From an uncultured Saprospiraceae bacterium (GTDB lineage Bacteria; Bacteroidota; Bacteroidia; Chitinophagales; Saprospiraceae), in assembly GCA_964479625.1 (NCBI GenBank), contig CAYZMS010000001.1, forward strand, positions 1,442-65,441: a stretch of DNA of 64,000 nt, given 5' to 3'. Every line of letters starts with the position of its first letter. The first letter of the stretch is position 1. The notes beneath the pieces are model-generated. The model searched no databases. It saw only the letters and a list, made by a program, of their open reading frames with translations, and had not been told where the DNA came from. Both the position numbers and the translations under genes were made by a program. This document shows positions 10,004-17,593 of the stretch, piece by piece.

Positions 10004-10168
10004 ATGGATGAACATCGACCCAAAAAATTACTTCCCAGCTGGGAGCGTTTCCTGTTGATCCTTGCCTTGATCATTTTATTGATTTTTGTTTTGGACCGGA
10101 TCGGCCTGAAGATGACCTCCCGCTCCGATGATACCGAGATCATTGACCGACCACACCAGGTGGAATAA
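10004..10168 (+). CDS. Candidate small membrane protein (54 aa), below the ORF-track length cutoff
   Basis: ATG lies 5 nt after the receptor stop. Translation is MDEHRPKKLLPSWERFLLILALIILLIFVLDRIGLKMTSRSDDTEIIDRPHQVE*, with one clear TM helix. A hairpin follows it. Confidence 0.35.
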   Translation: MDEHRPKKLLPSWERFLLILALIILLIFVLDRIGLKMTSRSDDTEIIDRPHQVE

Positions 10169-10171
10169 ACA

Positions 10172-10206
10172 AAGAAGCCCCTGCTGCAGCGCATCAAGGG
10201 CTTCTT
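10172..10206. terminator. Hairpin between convergent genes, likely the rpsP terminator
   Basis: aagaagccc ... gggcttctt forms a 9-bp stem. On the minus strand it is followed by tttgtttatt. It lies 43 nt downstream of the rpsP stop. Confidence 0.45.
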
Positions 10207-10248
10207 CTACCGAAAAGAATGCGGCCCACCGGGGGCCAGCTGAAATGA

Positions 10249-10821
10249 TTATTCCTCTTTCTTTTCTTCCTCTGCAGCAGGTTCTTCTACCGGCTCCTCA
10301 GCCACTGCAACTTCAGCTTCCGGTGCTTCCGCATTTTCTGCTTCTGCAACTGGCGCTTCCTCCTCCTGAGCACTTTCCTCAACCTCCTCTTCTACAGCTT
10401 GCTGAATTACTCTTGGTGTACCCGAAATGCGCTCATTATAAGCAGCTATTTCTTCAGCAGTTTGCTGGAAGCGTGCGGCGATTTTCTCTTCCTTGGCTTC
10501 CACCCATTCGTTGTATTTGGAATCGGCTTCTTCCTGTGTCATTGCTCCTTTGGTAACTCCGCGCTGCAGGTGCTTACGAAAATAAACCCCTTTAAAGCGG
10601 AGAATTGCGCGGGCCGTGTCAGAAGGTTGTGCACCCTTCATGATCCAATCAAAAGCTTTGTCGTGATCCAACTCAATGGTAGCGGGCTTTGTCATGGGGT
10701 TGTAGGAGCCAAGTCGCTCAATAAACTTACCATCTCTGGGAGCCCGGTGGTCAGCAACCACAATGTGATAGAACGGACGTTTTTTACGCCCTTTACGCTG
10801 CAATCTAATGCGTACAGCCAT
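10249..10821 (-). CDS. rpsP: 30S ribosomal protein S16 with a long acidic Ala/Glu-rich C-terminal tail
   Basis: N-terminus [42 protein letters not shown] is canonical S16. 190 aa in total, with an [17 protein letters not shown]... tail. Confidence 0.95.
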   Translation of the reverse strand: MAVRIRLQRKGRKKRPFYHIVVADHRAPRDGKFIERLGSYNPMTKPATIELDHDKAFDWIMKGAQPSDTARAILRFKGVYFRKHLQRGVTKGAMTQEEADSKYNEWVEAKEEKIAARFQQTAEEIAAYNERISGTPRVIQQAVEEEVEESAQEEEAPVAEAENAEAPEAEVAVAEEPVEEPAAEEEKKEE

Positions 10822-10936
10822 TTAATCTTCTTTTTAGATTAAACCATGACTCGCTTACCTTGCAAAGCAAGCGGCGAGCCTTTTTTTACAATGGGCGCAA
10901 AGATAAGAGGTTTAAGGCACAAAAGCAATGGATCTT

Positions 10937-10970
10937 TTTGAGCTTTATTCAAAATAAACCCTTACTTTTG
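10937..10970 (+). promoter_or_regulatory. Bacteroidota-type promoter candidate (-33 TTTG / -7 TAnnTTTG)
   Basis: TTTG at 10937-10940 and TACTTTTG at 10963-10970, with a 22-nt spacer. It points toward 11174. Confidence 0.4.
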
Positions 10971-11030
10971 TCTATACGATTGTGAAAATAGCGGGTTTTT
11001 TCCAAAAAAAATAACCCTAGACAATCGTCC

Positions 11031-11108
11031 AACCTGGTAGCGCCGGAAAGATGCGCTACCAGGTTTGTATTTATAATATACACCGGGTCAGGTTCTGAGC
11101 CGGCTTTT
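11031..11108 (+). promoter_or_regulatory. Two tandem terminator-like hairpins in the leader upstream of 11174 (attenuator or small RNA 3' end)
   Basis: Hairpin 1 is 11031-11065 (aacctggtagcgc / gcgctaccaggtt, 13 bp perfect) followed by tgtattt. Hairpin 2 is 11083-11103 (ccgggtcag / ctgagccgg) followed by ctttt. Confidence 0.4.
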
Positions 11109-11173
11109 ACAGGCAGATCAAAAAACAACTGGATTAGGATCGGTTTTCAAAAAGCCAAACCAGCGTCCTTTCT

Positions 11174-12607
11174 ATGTTGTCTGAAATTGAACTGCTACTC
11201 AAAAAACATATCATGGTAGAACCACAAGAGCAATACCTCAGCCGACTGGAAGAGATTGCCGCTGAGATCCAGGCATCACAAGAACTTTCCACCTATCTGG
11301 AAAATGAAGAAGAAGAGGATTACAATAGCCTTAAGGAGCTATTTGAACCGCGTATCGGGAAAGTTTATGAGGAGGTAGCAGAAAACCATCCCCTACAATT
11401 GATGTCGTTGGAGTTGGTTTTACTTGACCCCTTATTCGAAGGCCTTTATTTACCAAGGGTGCTTGGTTACTCCGTACTTAGAGGGGAAGTAGACGAAAGC
11501 TACAAATACAAGCGCCCTCAACACCATTTTCGGGAAGTCTTACTGGCAATTTGCAATTCCGCTAATTTCGATCTGTTAAAAAAACGGATCGGACAATCTA
11601 TACAAGTAGGTTTTTTCCTAAGTAGCGATATCTGGATCACCAATCTCTTTGCAGAGATCACCAATAAAAGAGTACGCTTTTTCCTGCAAAGTCAAAAACA
11701 GGATCGTTATCGCGACCCAAAGGAAAGACAAAGGGGGTATCGTCGATATGCAAAGCAATTCCGGAACGACAATTTTATGTCGGCAGAGTTTCCTGAAACC
11801 TTGAAGGACCTTCCCATCATGGCTTCCCAATTGAAGGCATTTTTACTATACCGGGTAGAGCAAACGCATAATAATGAAAGTCTGATCGAACCCTTAAAAG
11901 ACTTTGTCGGTCGCAAGGAATTCCAAGGGAAACGGGAGCACCTGGAAGTAATGACCTTATTTGCTATGTTTTTCGAACTAAACGAGGAAGACCAACAATT
12001 CCTTGGCAAGGAGTTCAACAAGGTTCGAAAAAACATGGAGCAATTCGATGAGCTTTACCTGGAATACCTGAAGGAACTGCATCACCGACCCGACGTTCAA
12101 ATACGCGCGGAGCAGGATGAACGCATCTATGCCCTCTTAGACCTTAAACAAAAAGGAGCCCTGACCGAATATTACGAGCTGACGCACATCATTCACACTA
12201 AAGGTTACCTGGATGAAGAAGCCCAGGAGGCGGTAAAGCTTTTTTACAACAGGCGCGGTGGGCTGTCCACGATCAATGAATGTTTGCGCCAGACCATCCT
12301 TCGGTATTTTGATCAATTTATGGAGCCTCTTCAGGAAACGGGTTATCATCAGTTTTTCGAGATCGCCAAGATCTTTCCTCCCTATATGGGGATCTTTGCT
12401 AATCAGGAGTTTAATCAGCACCTGAAACACTTGTCTATGGCCTATGTGAAAAAATTGTTGAGGACTTACACGGATAAGCGGGGCAGGGATTACCAGGATA
12501 TTAAAAAATTCGTTTCCACCACCTTCCAGGATTTCGGTTTCCTCAGGGAAAAAGAAGTGGTAGAGTTATTTAAAACCCGGCGAAAAAAGAAAAAGGCAGA
12601 GCAATAG
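11174..12607 (+). CDS. Hypothetical protein, 477 aa, predicted all-alpha, Lys-rich C-terminus
   Basis: Long ATG-initiated ORF with no recognisable catalytic motif, signal peptide or TM segment. Ends RRKKKKAEQ. Confidence 0.6.
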   Translation: MLSEIELLLKKHIMVEPQEQYLSRLEEIAAEIQASQELSTYLENEEEEDYNSLKELFEPRIGKVYEEVAENHPLQLMSLELVLLDPLFEGLYLPRVLGYSVLRGEVDESYKYKRPQHHFREVLLAICNSANFDLLKKRIGQSIQVGFFLSSDIWITNLFAEITNKRVRFFLQSQKQDRYRDPKERQRGYRRYAKQFRNDNFMSAEFPETLKDLPIMASQLKAFLLYRVEQTHNNESLIEPLKDFVGRKEFQGKREHLEVMTLFAMFFELNEEDQQFLGKEFNKVRKNMEQFDELYLEYLKELHHRPDVQIRAEQDERIYALLDLKQKGALTEYYELTHIIHTKGYLDEEAQEAVKLFYNRRGGLSTINECLRQTILRYFDQFMEPLQETGYHQFFEIAKIFPPYMGIFANQEFNQHLKHLSMAYVKKLLRTYTDKRGRDYQDIKKFVSTTFQDFGFLREKEVVELFKTRRKKKKAEQ

Positions 12608-12829
12608 CTATTTGTGGTAGACCCATTGGGGAAGTTTTTTAGCCTCGAAAAGGGCAATACAACCTGCTACGGAGACGCATTATGGCAAAATTGAGGGTTC
12701 TGAAGCACTTGTTGAAATGACAAGCTGCCGTAAATCCCCTTCCTAAAAGTCTACCCATCTAATTTGGGAAGCTAGGGCATTCCTTCTATATTTAGGAAAA
12801 GTTCGATAAGCAACCCAAAGCCCGAAAAA

Positions 12830-15016
12830 ATGTCCCGACTAGTTATTGTTTCCAACCGATTGCCCATCACCATTGATAAGCAGGAGGGAGGAGAATTAAT
12901 TTACCATCCAAGCGCAGGCGGGTTAGCCACTGGCTTAAATTCACTGGATGACACTGTTGATCGTATTTGGGTAGGCTGGCCCGGTAAGGAAATAGACAAT
13001 GAATGGGAGCAAGAATCGGTGCGCCTGGACTTATTGGAAAAGGGGCTGATACCAGTCTTCCTTACACAGGAAGAGATTCGATTGTATTACGAAGGATTCA
13101 GCAACCGCACCCTATGGCCTCATTTCCACTATTTCACTCAATTTACCCGCTATAGTGAAACCTATTGGGAAGCTTACCAGCATGTCAATCGAAAATTCGC
13201 CAATGTCATTCTTCCCATGCTTCGGAAGGATGACCTGGTTTGGGTGCACGACTATCAATTGATGTTATTGCCAGCGATGATACGAGATATTCACCCGGAT
13301 CTTTCCATCGGTTTTTTTCTCCACATACCTTTCCCCTCTTATGAGATCTTCCGGGTTTTGCCCTGGCGGCGGGAGTTGTTGCAAGGGGTTCTGGGCGCTG
13401 ACCAGATCGGATTTCACACCTTCAACTATATGCGGCATTTTTTGAGTGCTGCCTATCGGATCACTGGCCATGAGCATCAGTTTGGGCGCTTATCGGTTGG
13501 TCGACGGATCGTAAATGTGGACGTATTCCCCATGGGGATCGATTATGAAAAGTACGCCAAACCGGAGCTGAATTTGGAGGCGGAAGATGAAGCCGGTAAA
13601 ATTTATGAATTGGCCTCTGAGACCAGGCTGATCATATCCATTGACCGTCTGGATTATTCAAAGGGAATCCCCCAACGGGTCAGGGCCTTTCGCCGGTTCC
13701 TGAATTTGGCGCCTGAATATCATGGGAAGGTAACCCTCCTTATGATCGTTGTGCCTTCGAGGGGAAATGTGACACAATACAAGGAGTTAAAAGAGGAGAT
13801 TGATACTCTTGTAGGTAAGATCAATGCCGAATATGGTGCATTCGATTGGATACCTATTCGCTATTTTTATAGATCCTTGAATTTCAACGAGCTGAGTGCG
13901 TTATACCGGGTTTCCGAAGTAGCCCTGATCACTCCACTGCGAGATGGTATGAACCTGGTTGCCAAAGAGTTTGTAGCTTCCAAGGATTCCGATAAAAAGG
14001 GTGTCCTCATCCTCAGTGAAATGGCTGGTGCCTCTAATGAATTGTCAGATGCCCTGCTGGTTAACCCCCAGGATCAGTACGATATTGTTCGGGCTTTGAA
14101 GGCTGCACTGGAAATGGATGAAAAAGAACAAAGAACCAGGTTGGAAAGCATTCAGAATCGCCTCAAAAAGTATACCGTAAAACACTGGGTAAACTCTTTT
14201 CTGAACGAGCAACGAAAACATATGGAACGACAAGTACGATTAAATATCAGCCGGCTGGATGAGCAGGAGCGGGGGAAAATGTTTGAAACCTACCAAAAAG
14301 CGAGTAATCGCCTGATTATTCTGGATTACGACGGCACACTCATGGATTTTCATAAAGATCCTCAGGCGGTACAACCGGATGCGGATTTACTTCAGATCCT
14401 GGAACAACTTCGGGATGGCCAGGGTAATAAATTGTTGGTTAACAGCGGTCGTGACCGAAACACCCTCCAAAAATGGCTGGGCCACCTTGGGTTTGATATG
14501 GCCGCGGAACACGGCGTCTGGCTTCGAAAAAACGGAGAATGGTCTATGAACGGAAATCTAGCCTCCAGTTGGAAGGCTGACGTCAGACATGTCCTGGAAG
14601 ATCTCGTCGAAAGAACACCGGGATCCTTTATTGAAGAAAAGGACTACTCTATTGCGTGGCACTACCGTTCCATTGATCGAGACTTTGGGCAAAAGCGGGT
14701 ACGGGAATTTCGGGATGTCCTTCTTTACCTCACTGCTAACCTTGACCTCCAGGTTCTGGAAGGGAATAAGGTAGTTGAAATTAAAAATGCAGGGGTAAAC
14801 AAAGGAAAAGCAACCATGGAATGGCTAGGAGAACGAGAGTGGGACTTTATAATGGCTATTGGCGATGACCACACCGATGAGGATACCTTTAAGGCCTTGC
14901 CGGAGGATGCCTATACCGTGAAAGTAGGAGTAGAAAAATCAGTAGCGCGGTACAATGTTGTTTCTGTCAAAGAAGTTCGTAGCCTGTTACGCGAGTTTGC
15001 AGCTGTAGATCTTTAA
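12830..15016 (+). CDS. otsA: Bifunctional trehalose-6-phosphate synthase / trehalose-6-phosphate phosphatase (OtsA-OtsB fusion)
   Basis: 728 aa. The N-terminal GT20 part has [32 protein letters not shown] and [10 protein letters not shown]. The C-terminal HAD part has [10 protein letters not shown] and [10 protein letters not shown]. Confidence 0.92.
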   Translation: MSRLVIVSNRLPITIDKQEGGELIYHPSAGGLATGLNSLDDTVDRIWVGWPGKEIDNEWEQESVRLDLLEKGLIPVFLTQEEIRLYYEGFSNRTLWPHFHYFTQFTRYSETYWEAYQHVNRKFANVILPMLRKDDLVWVHDYQLMLLPAMIRDIHPDLSIGFFLHIPFPSYEIFRVLPWRRELLQGVLGADQIGFHTFNYMRHFLSAAYRITGHEHQFGRLSVGRRIVNVDVFPMGIDYEKYAKPELNLEAEDEAGKIYELASETRLIISIDRLDYSKGIPQRVRAFRRFLNLAPEYHGKVTLLMIVVPSRGNVTQYKELKEEIDTLVGKINAEYGAFDWIPIRYFYRSLNFNELSALYRVSEVALITPLRDGMNLVAKEFVASKDSDKKGVLILSEMAGASNELSDALLVNPQDQYDIVRALKAALEMDEKEQRTRLESIQNRLKKYTVKHWVNSFLNEQRKHMERQVRLNISRLDEQERGKMFETYQKASNRLIILDYDGTLMDFHKDPQAVQPDADLLQILEQLRDGQGNKLLVNSGRDRNTLQKWLGHLGFDMAAEHGVWLRKNGEWSMNGNLASSWKADVRHVLEDLVERTPGSFIEEKDYSIAWHYRSIDRDFGQKRVREFRDVLLYLTANLDLQVLEGNKVVEIKNAGVNKGKATMEWLGEREWDFIMAIGDDHTDEDTFKALPEDAYTVKVGVEKSVARYNVVSVKEVRSLLREFAAVDL

Positions 15017-15037
15017 TAGTACAGGACCGAAAAAGAG

Positions 15038-15070
15038 TCCAACCCATTTTATTCTGAAAAATGGGTTGGA
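15038..15070. terminator. Strong hairpin between convergent otsA and the sigma/anti-sigma operon
   Basis: tccaacccatttt / aaaatgggttgga forms a 13-bp perfect stem with a 7-nt loop. On the minus strand it is followed by ctcttttt. Confidence 0.65.
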
Positions 15071-15088
15071 GGCAGCCCCAAAACAAGC

Positions 15089-16405
15089 CTAAAGCCTTTT
15101 GCGCAAGCCGATTTGTAACCCGGCTGTGAAGTATTGTTGATCAAGAGCGTAATCTTCGGAGGTAACCGAGTGGGGGTACGTTCGAACCTGAGGTTCGAGT
15201 AGGATTTGCCAGTCGGGTGTGAGTTCATAGCCGAGGGAAGCGCTTCCGATAAATCCAACTCCTAGACGATTTTTAAACGCCGGATAATCCCCTCCCTCTG
15301 AGGAAAAGTCAACAATGGTATTATTGTCTGCAGCCAGGAAAGTCCCTTTTTGATTAAAAACCATATTGAATTGTACCCCTGCGTTTACCGACCAATTCAG
15401 GCGCCCGGAAACGGGAGCTTCATAACCAACAGTCAGAGGGATATCAATAGTAGTCAGGCGATTATTACTTTGATAAGCTACGTCGCGGTACTGAAAGATG
15501 GTGTCAATATCCGTGATGTTACCATTGGGATCACGGAAGATCTGAATTTGCGAACCGGCAATTTCTTGGTGAATGGTTTTGAATTGCTCGTTTATTTGCG
15601 AATAGCTCAGGCCACTTCGAACGGCAATACCCGATGGGGATACTGAAGAAAGGCGTATCTGGGCGGTAAAACCGTTTTGAATTTCCTCCATATTTGCCCG
15701 GTTGGCACGATATTGATCGAATTCCGAATCCTTGGCTTCCAGGCTGCGCTGAACCCAATCGGGACCAGCCATGAAATCCACATACACCTTCCAGGATTTG
15801 TCTACAAAACTGGCACATTGTACATCATCTCCCGGAGACCTGGCCATCTGCGAGGCTACTTCAGTTTGGGCCATGTCTGGCAGGGGGGTAAAGGATTTTA
15901 TTTCCTTGCGGTCAAAGGCCAACTCTGTTGAAAGGGAGGGATGGTCCAGTACCACTTCCTCAGAAAGGCGGCTAGCAAGCAGCGCAACAGGTTCTGTTGT
16001 CTTCTGATGTTTGAATAATGGAAGATTACTTTCCTTTGCCCGGGAAGAAGGAGGGGGAGATTGGACGGGTGGTACCATTGGAGGAGTTGTATGACCATTA
16101 GAAAGTTGGTCAGTTGGTAACTGCTCCTGGCTTTGATCTTCCAGCCCAATAGGAAAAGAGGCCCGCTCGGGCTCCTTTTGCAGAAGCGGGACTTTGCTTT
16201 GCGAATAATTGAACAGAATTAGACCAGTTGTAATTAGCAAGCTTATTCCCAATACTAAAGGTAAAAGGTAGCCTACAGCATTCTTTTTGGTAGTTTTCTG
16301 CTCCCACTCGGCTTCAATACGTCTCCACAGATATTCCGGAGCGTCCAGGCTATAGTTTTCCAGCCCGTGTCGGAATAACCGATCAACATGGTGATTGCGG
16401 TTCAT
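15089..16405 (-). CDS. Putative anti-sigma-like membrane protein: short cytoplasmic N-terminus, one TM helix, Pro-rich linker, C-terminal beta-barrel-like domain
   Basis: 438 aa. ATG overlaps the sigma-factor stop (ATGA at 16402-16405). TM segment is GYLLPLVLGISLLITTGLILF. Linker is TTPPMVPPVQSPPPSS. The beta-rich C-terminus ends FTAGLQIGLRKRL. Confidence 0.6.
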   Translation of the reverse strand: MNRNHHVDRLFRHGLENYSLDAPEYLWRRIEAEWEQKTTKKNAVGYLLPLVLGISLLITTGLILFNYSQSKVPLLQKEPERASFPIGLEDQSQEQLPTDQLSNGHTTPPMVPPVQSPPPSSRAKESNLPLFKHQKTTEPVALLASRLSEEVVLDHPSLSTELAFDRKEIKSFTPLPDMAQTEVASQMARSPGDDVQCASFVDKSWKVYVDFMAGPDWVQRSLEAKDSEFDQYRANRANMEEIQNGFTAQIRLSSVSPSGIAVRSGLSYSQINEQFKTIHQEIAGSQIQIFRDPNGNITDIDTIFQYRDVAYQSNNRLTTIDIPLTVGYEAPVSGRLNWSVNAGVQFNMVFNQKGTFLAADNNTIVDFSSEGGDYPAFKNRLGVGFIGSASLGYELTPDWQILLEPQVRTYPHSVTSEDYALDQQYFTAGLQIGLRKRL

Positions 16406-16962
16406 GCCGTTGTTTTTTGCGAATCTAAAAGTAATGCTTGCAACATTTTGCGAGCTTTCGCTAATTGGGAACGAGAGGTGCTGGCTTGAATACCCAGCAT
16501 TTCTGCAATTTCATCGTGACTGTAGCCTTCAATAGCATACAGGTTGAAAACGATTCGGTACCCCTCCGGTAAACTGGCTACAATATTTAGTAAATCAGCC
16601 TCATTAAACTGCTGATAAACCAAGGGGGGCGCGCTAGGATGCAAATAATCCGCTTCTCCGAGAGGCTCTTCATTTTGCCGACTTTTGCGTTCTAACTTTT
16701 TTAACGCCGTATTAACTACGATTTTTCGCATCCAGCCTTCGAAGGAACCTTTAAAGCGGTATTGCTTAATATTTTCAAAGACCTTTACAAATGCCTCCTG
16801 CAAAATATCTTCAGCCTCCATTCGATTACCAGCGTACCGGAGGCACACCGCTAGGAGTTTTCCGGAGTACCGGAAAAACAATTCTCGTTGGCTTTGATGA
16901 TTCTGCCGAACACAACCTTTTATAAGATCCCTGTCTGTCACTAGGCTAAGAAAATAGTACAA
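16402..16962 (-). CDS. ECF-type RNA polymerase sigma-70 factor
   Basis: Region 2 (AEDILQEAFVKVFENIKQYRFKGSFEGWMRKIVVNTAL) and region 4 (LPEGYRIVFNLYAIEGYSHDEIAEMLGIQASTSRSQLAKARKML). The start is uncertain: TTG at 16962 or GTG at 16941. Confidence 0.9.
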   Translation of the reverse strand: MYYFLSLVTDRDLIKGCVRQNHQSQRELFFRYSGKLLAVCLRYAGNRMEAEDILQEAFVKVFENIKQYRFKGSFEGWMRKIVVNTALKKLERKSRQNEEPLGEADYLHPSAPPLVYQQFNEADLLNIVASLPEGYRIVFNLYAIEGYSHDEIAEMLGIQASTSRSQLAKARKMLQALLLDSQKTTA

Positions 16963-17334
16963 GCCTAATTTAGAATATTTTGAAGAAAAAAACCGATTTG
17001 AAAGGTCATTCCATCAAAATTTTCTATATGTCTTTGAATGCGCCCAAGGTTTTTAGTGAAATTCTATTGGGCACGCGAAATTTCGTAAAATGTAAGCAGA
17101 ATACAAATACGCTGCAACTCAATGAGGGGACCTGGAGGGAGGTTTTTTTAAAAATGTGATTTTTTTATCTATATTTATTTAGTTTATGTTTTAAAAGTTA
17201 GATATTTGATTCAACTTAGGAGATTAAACAAGCCTATTTCCGTTTTTGTAGAGTTTCAAATCTTTAGAATCACTAAGGTGAAACTCTATCGCCATTTAGT
17301 TTCATAGCCTTCCCTTAGTTCGGTTTACGCTGTT

Positions 17335-17342
17335 TACTTTTG
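17335..17342 (+). promoter_or_regulatory. Candidate -7 box (TACTTTTG) about 250 nt upstream of the giant protease-adhesin gene
   Basis: Exact TAnnTTTG match. No good -33 TTTG was seen. Confidence 0.25.
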
Positions 17343-17593
17343 TACCAAATTTGAAACAAAGAGGTAACCGTGATATGGAAAAAATTATTATCTATCTCTT
17401 TAATTCTAGGGATAAAAGCGATGATTTTTTTCTACGGTACTAATTTATTTTTCCACATTTCCGTTTCGGCTTACTTTCGAAGAAGGTAATGGGACGGGAA
17501 AGCCACAATGGTTCGGACTGAAATTAGGCTACTTGGGGAGATCGTAAGATTTAGCTGTTTTTGAACAGTTCGGTTCGTAAAAGAGGAGGTTTT

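Noticed and set aside
10249-10560. Long acidic tail on ribosomal protein S16 as an anomaly
   Set aside because: C-terminally extended S16 proteins are, to my knowledge, usual in Bacteroidota, so this is not unusual.
10128-10842. + strand ORFs of 142 and 147 aa opposite rpsP
   Set aside because: rpsP is unambiguous. These ORFs arise from its GAA/GCT-rich tail and give Leu/Pro-rich nonsense.
11083-11125. Similarity to the SRP (4.5S) RNA domain IV: GGUCAGGU...GGCAGAU
   Set aside because: The conserved GGAA-type loop and the 3' GGAAGCAGC strand are absent. The segment folds instead as a simple 9-bp hairpin followed by U's.
12830-15016. OtsA-OtsB fusion as a novel architecture
   Set aside because: Fused trehalose-6-P synthase/phosphatase genes are known in Bacteroidota and eukaryotes. 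This is an ordinary annotation.
17352-17380. TGAAAC ... CGTG as an ECF-type (-35/-10) promoter for the giant gene
   Set aside because: The spacer is only about 11 nt, against the 16-17 nt expected. It is not supportable as an ECF promoter.
17561-17593. TTG start for the giant protease-adhesin gene
   Set aside because: ATG 17594 immediately precedes a canonical signal peptide. The 11 extra residues (MNSSVRKRGGF) add nothing.
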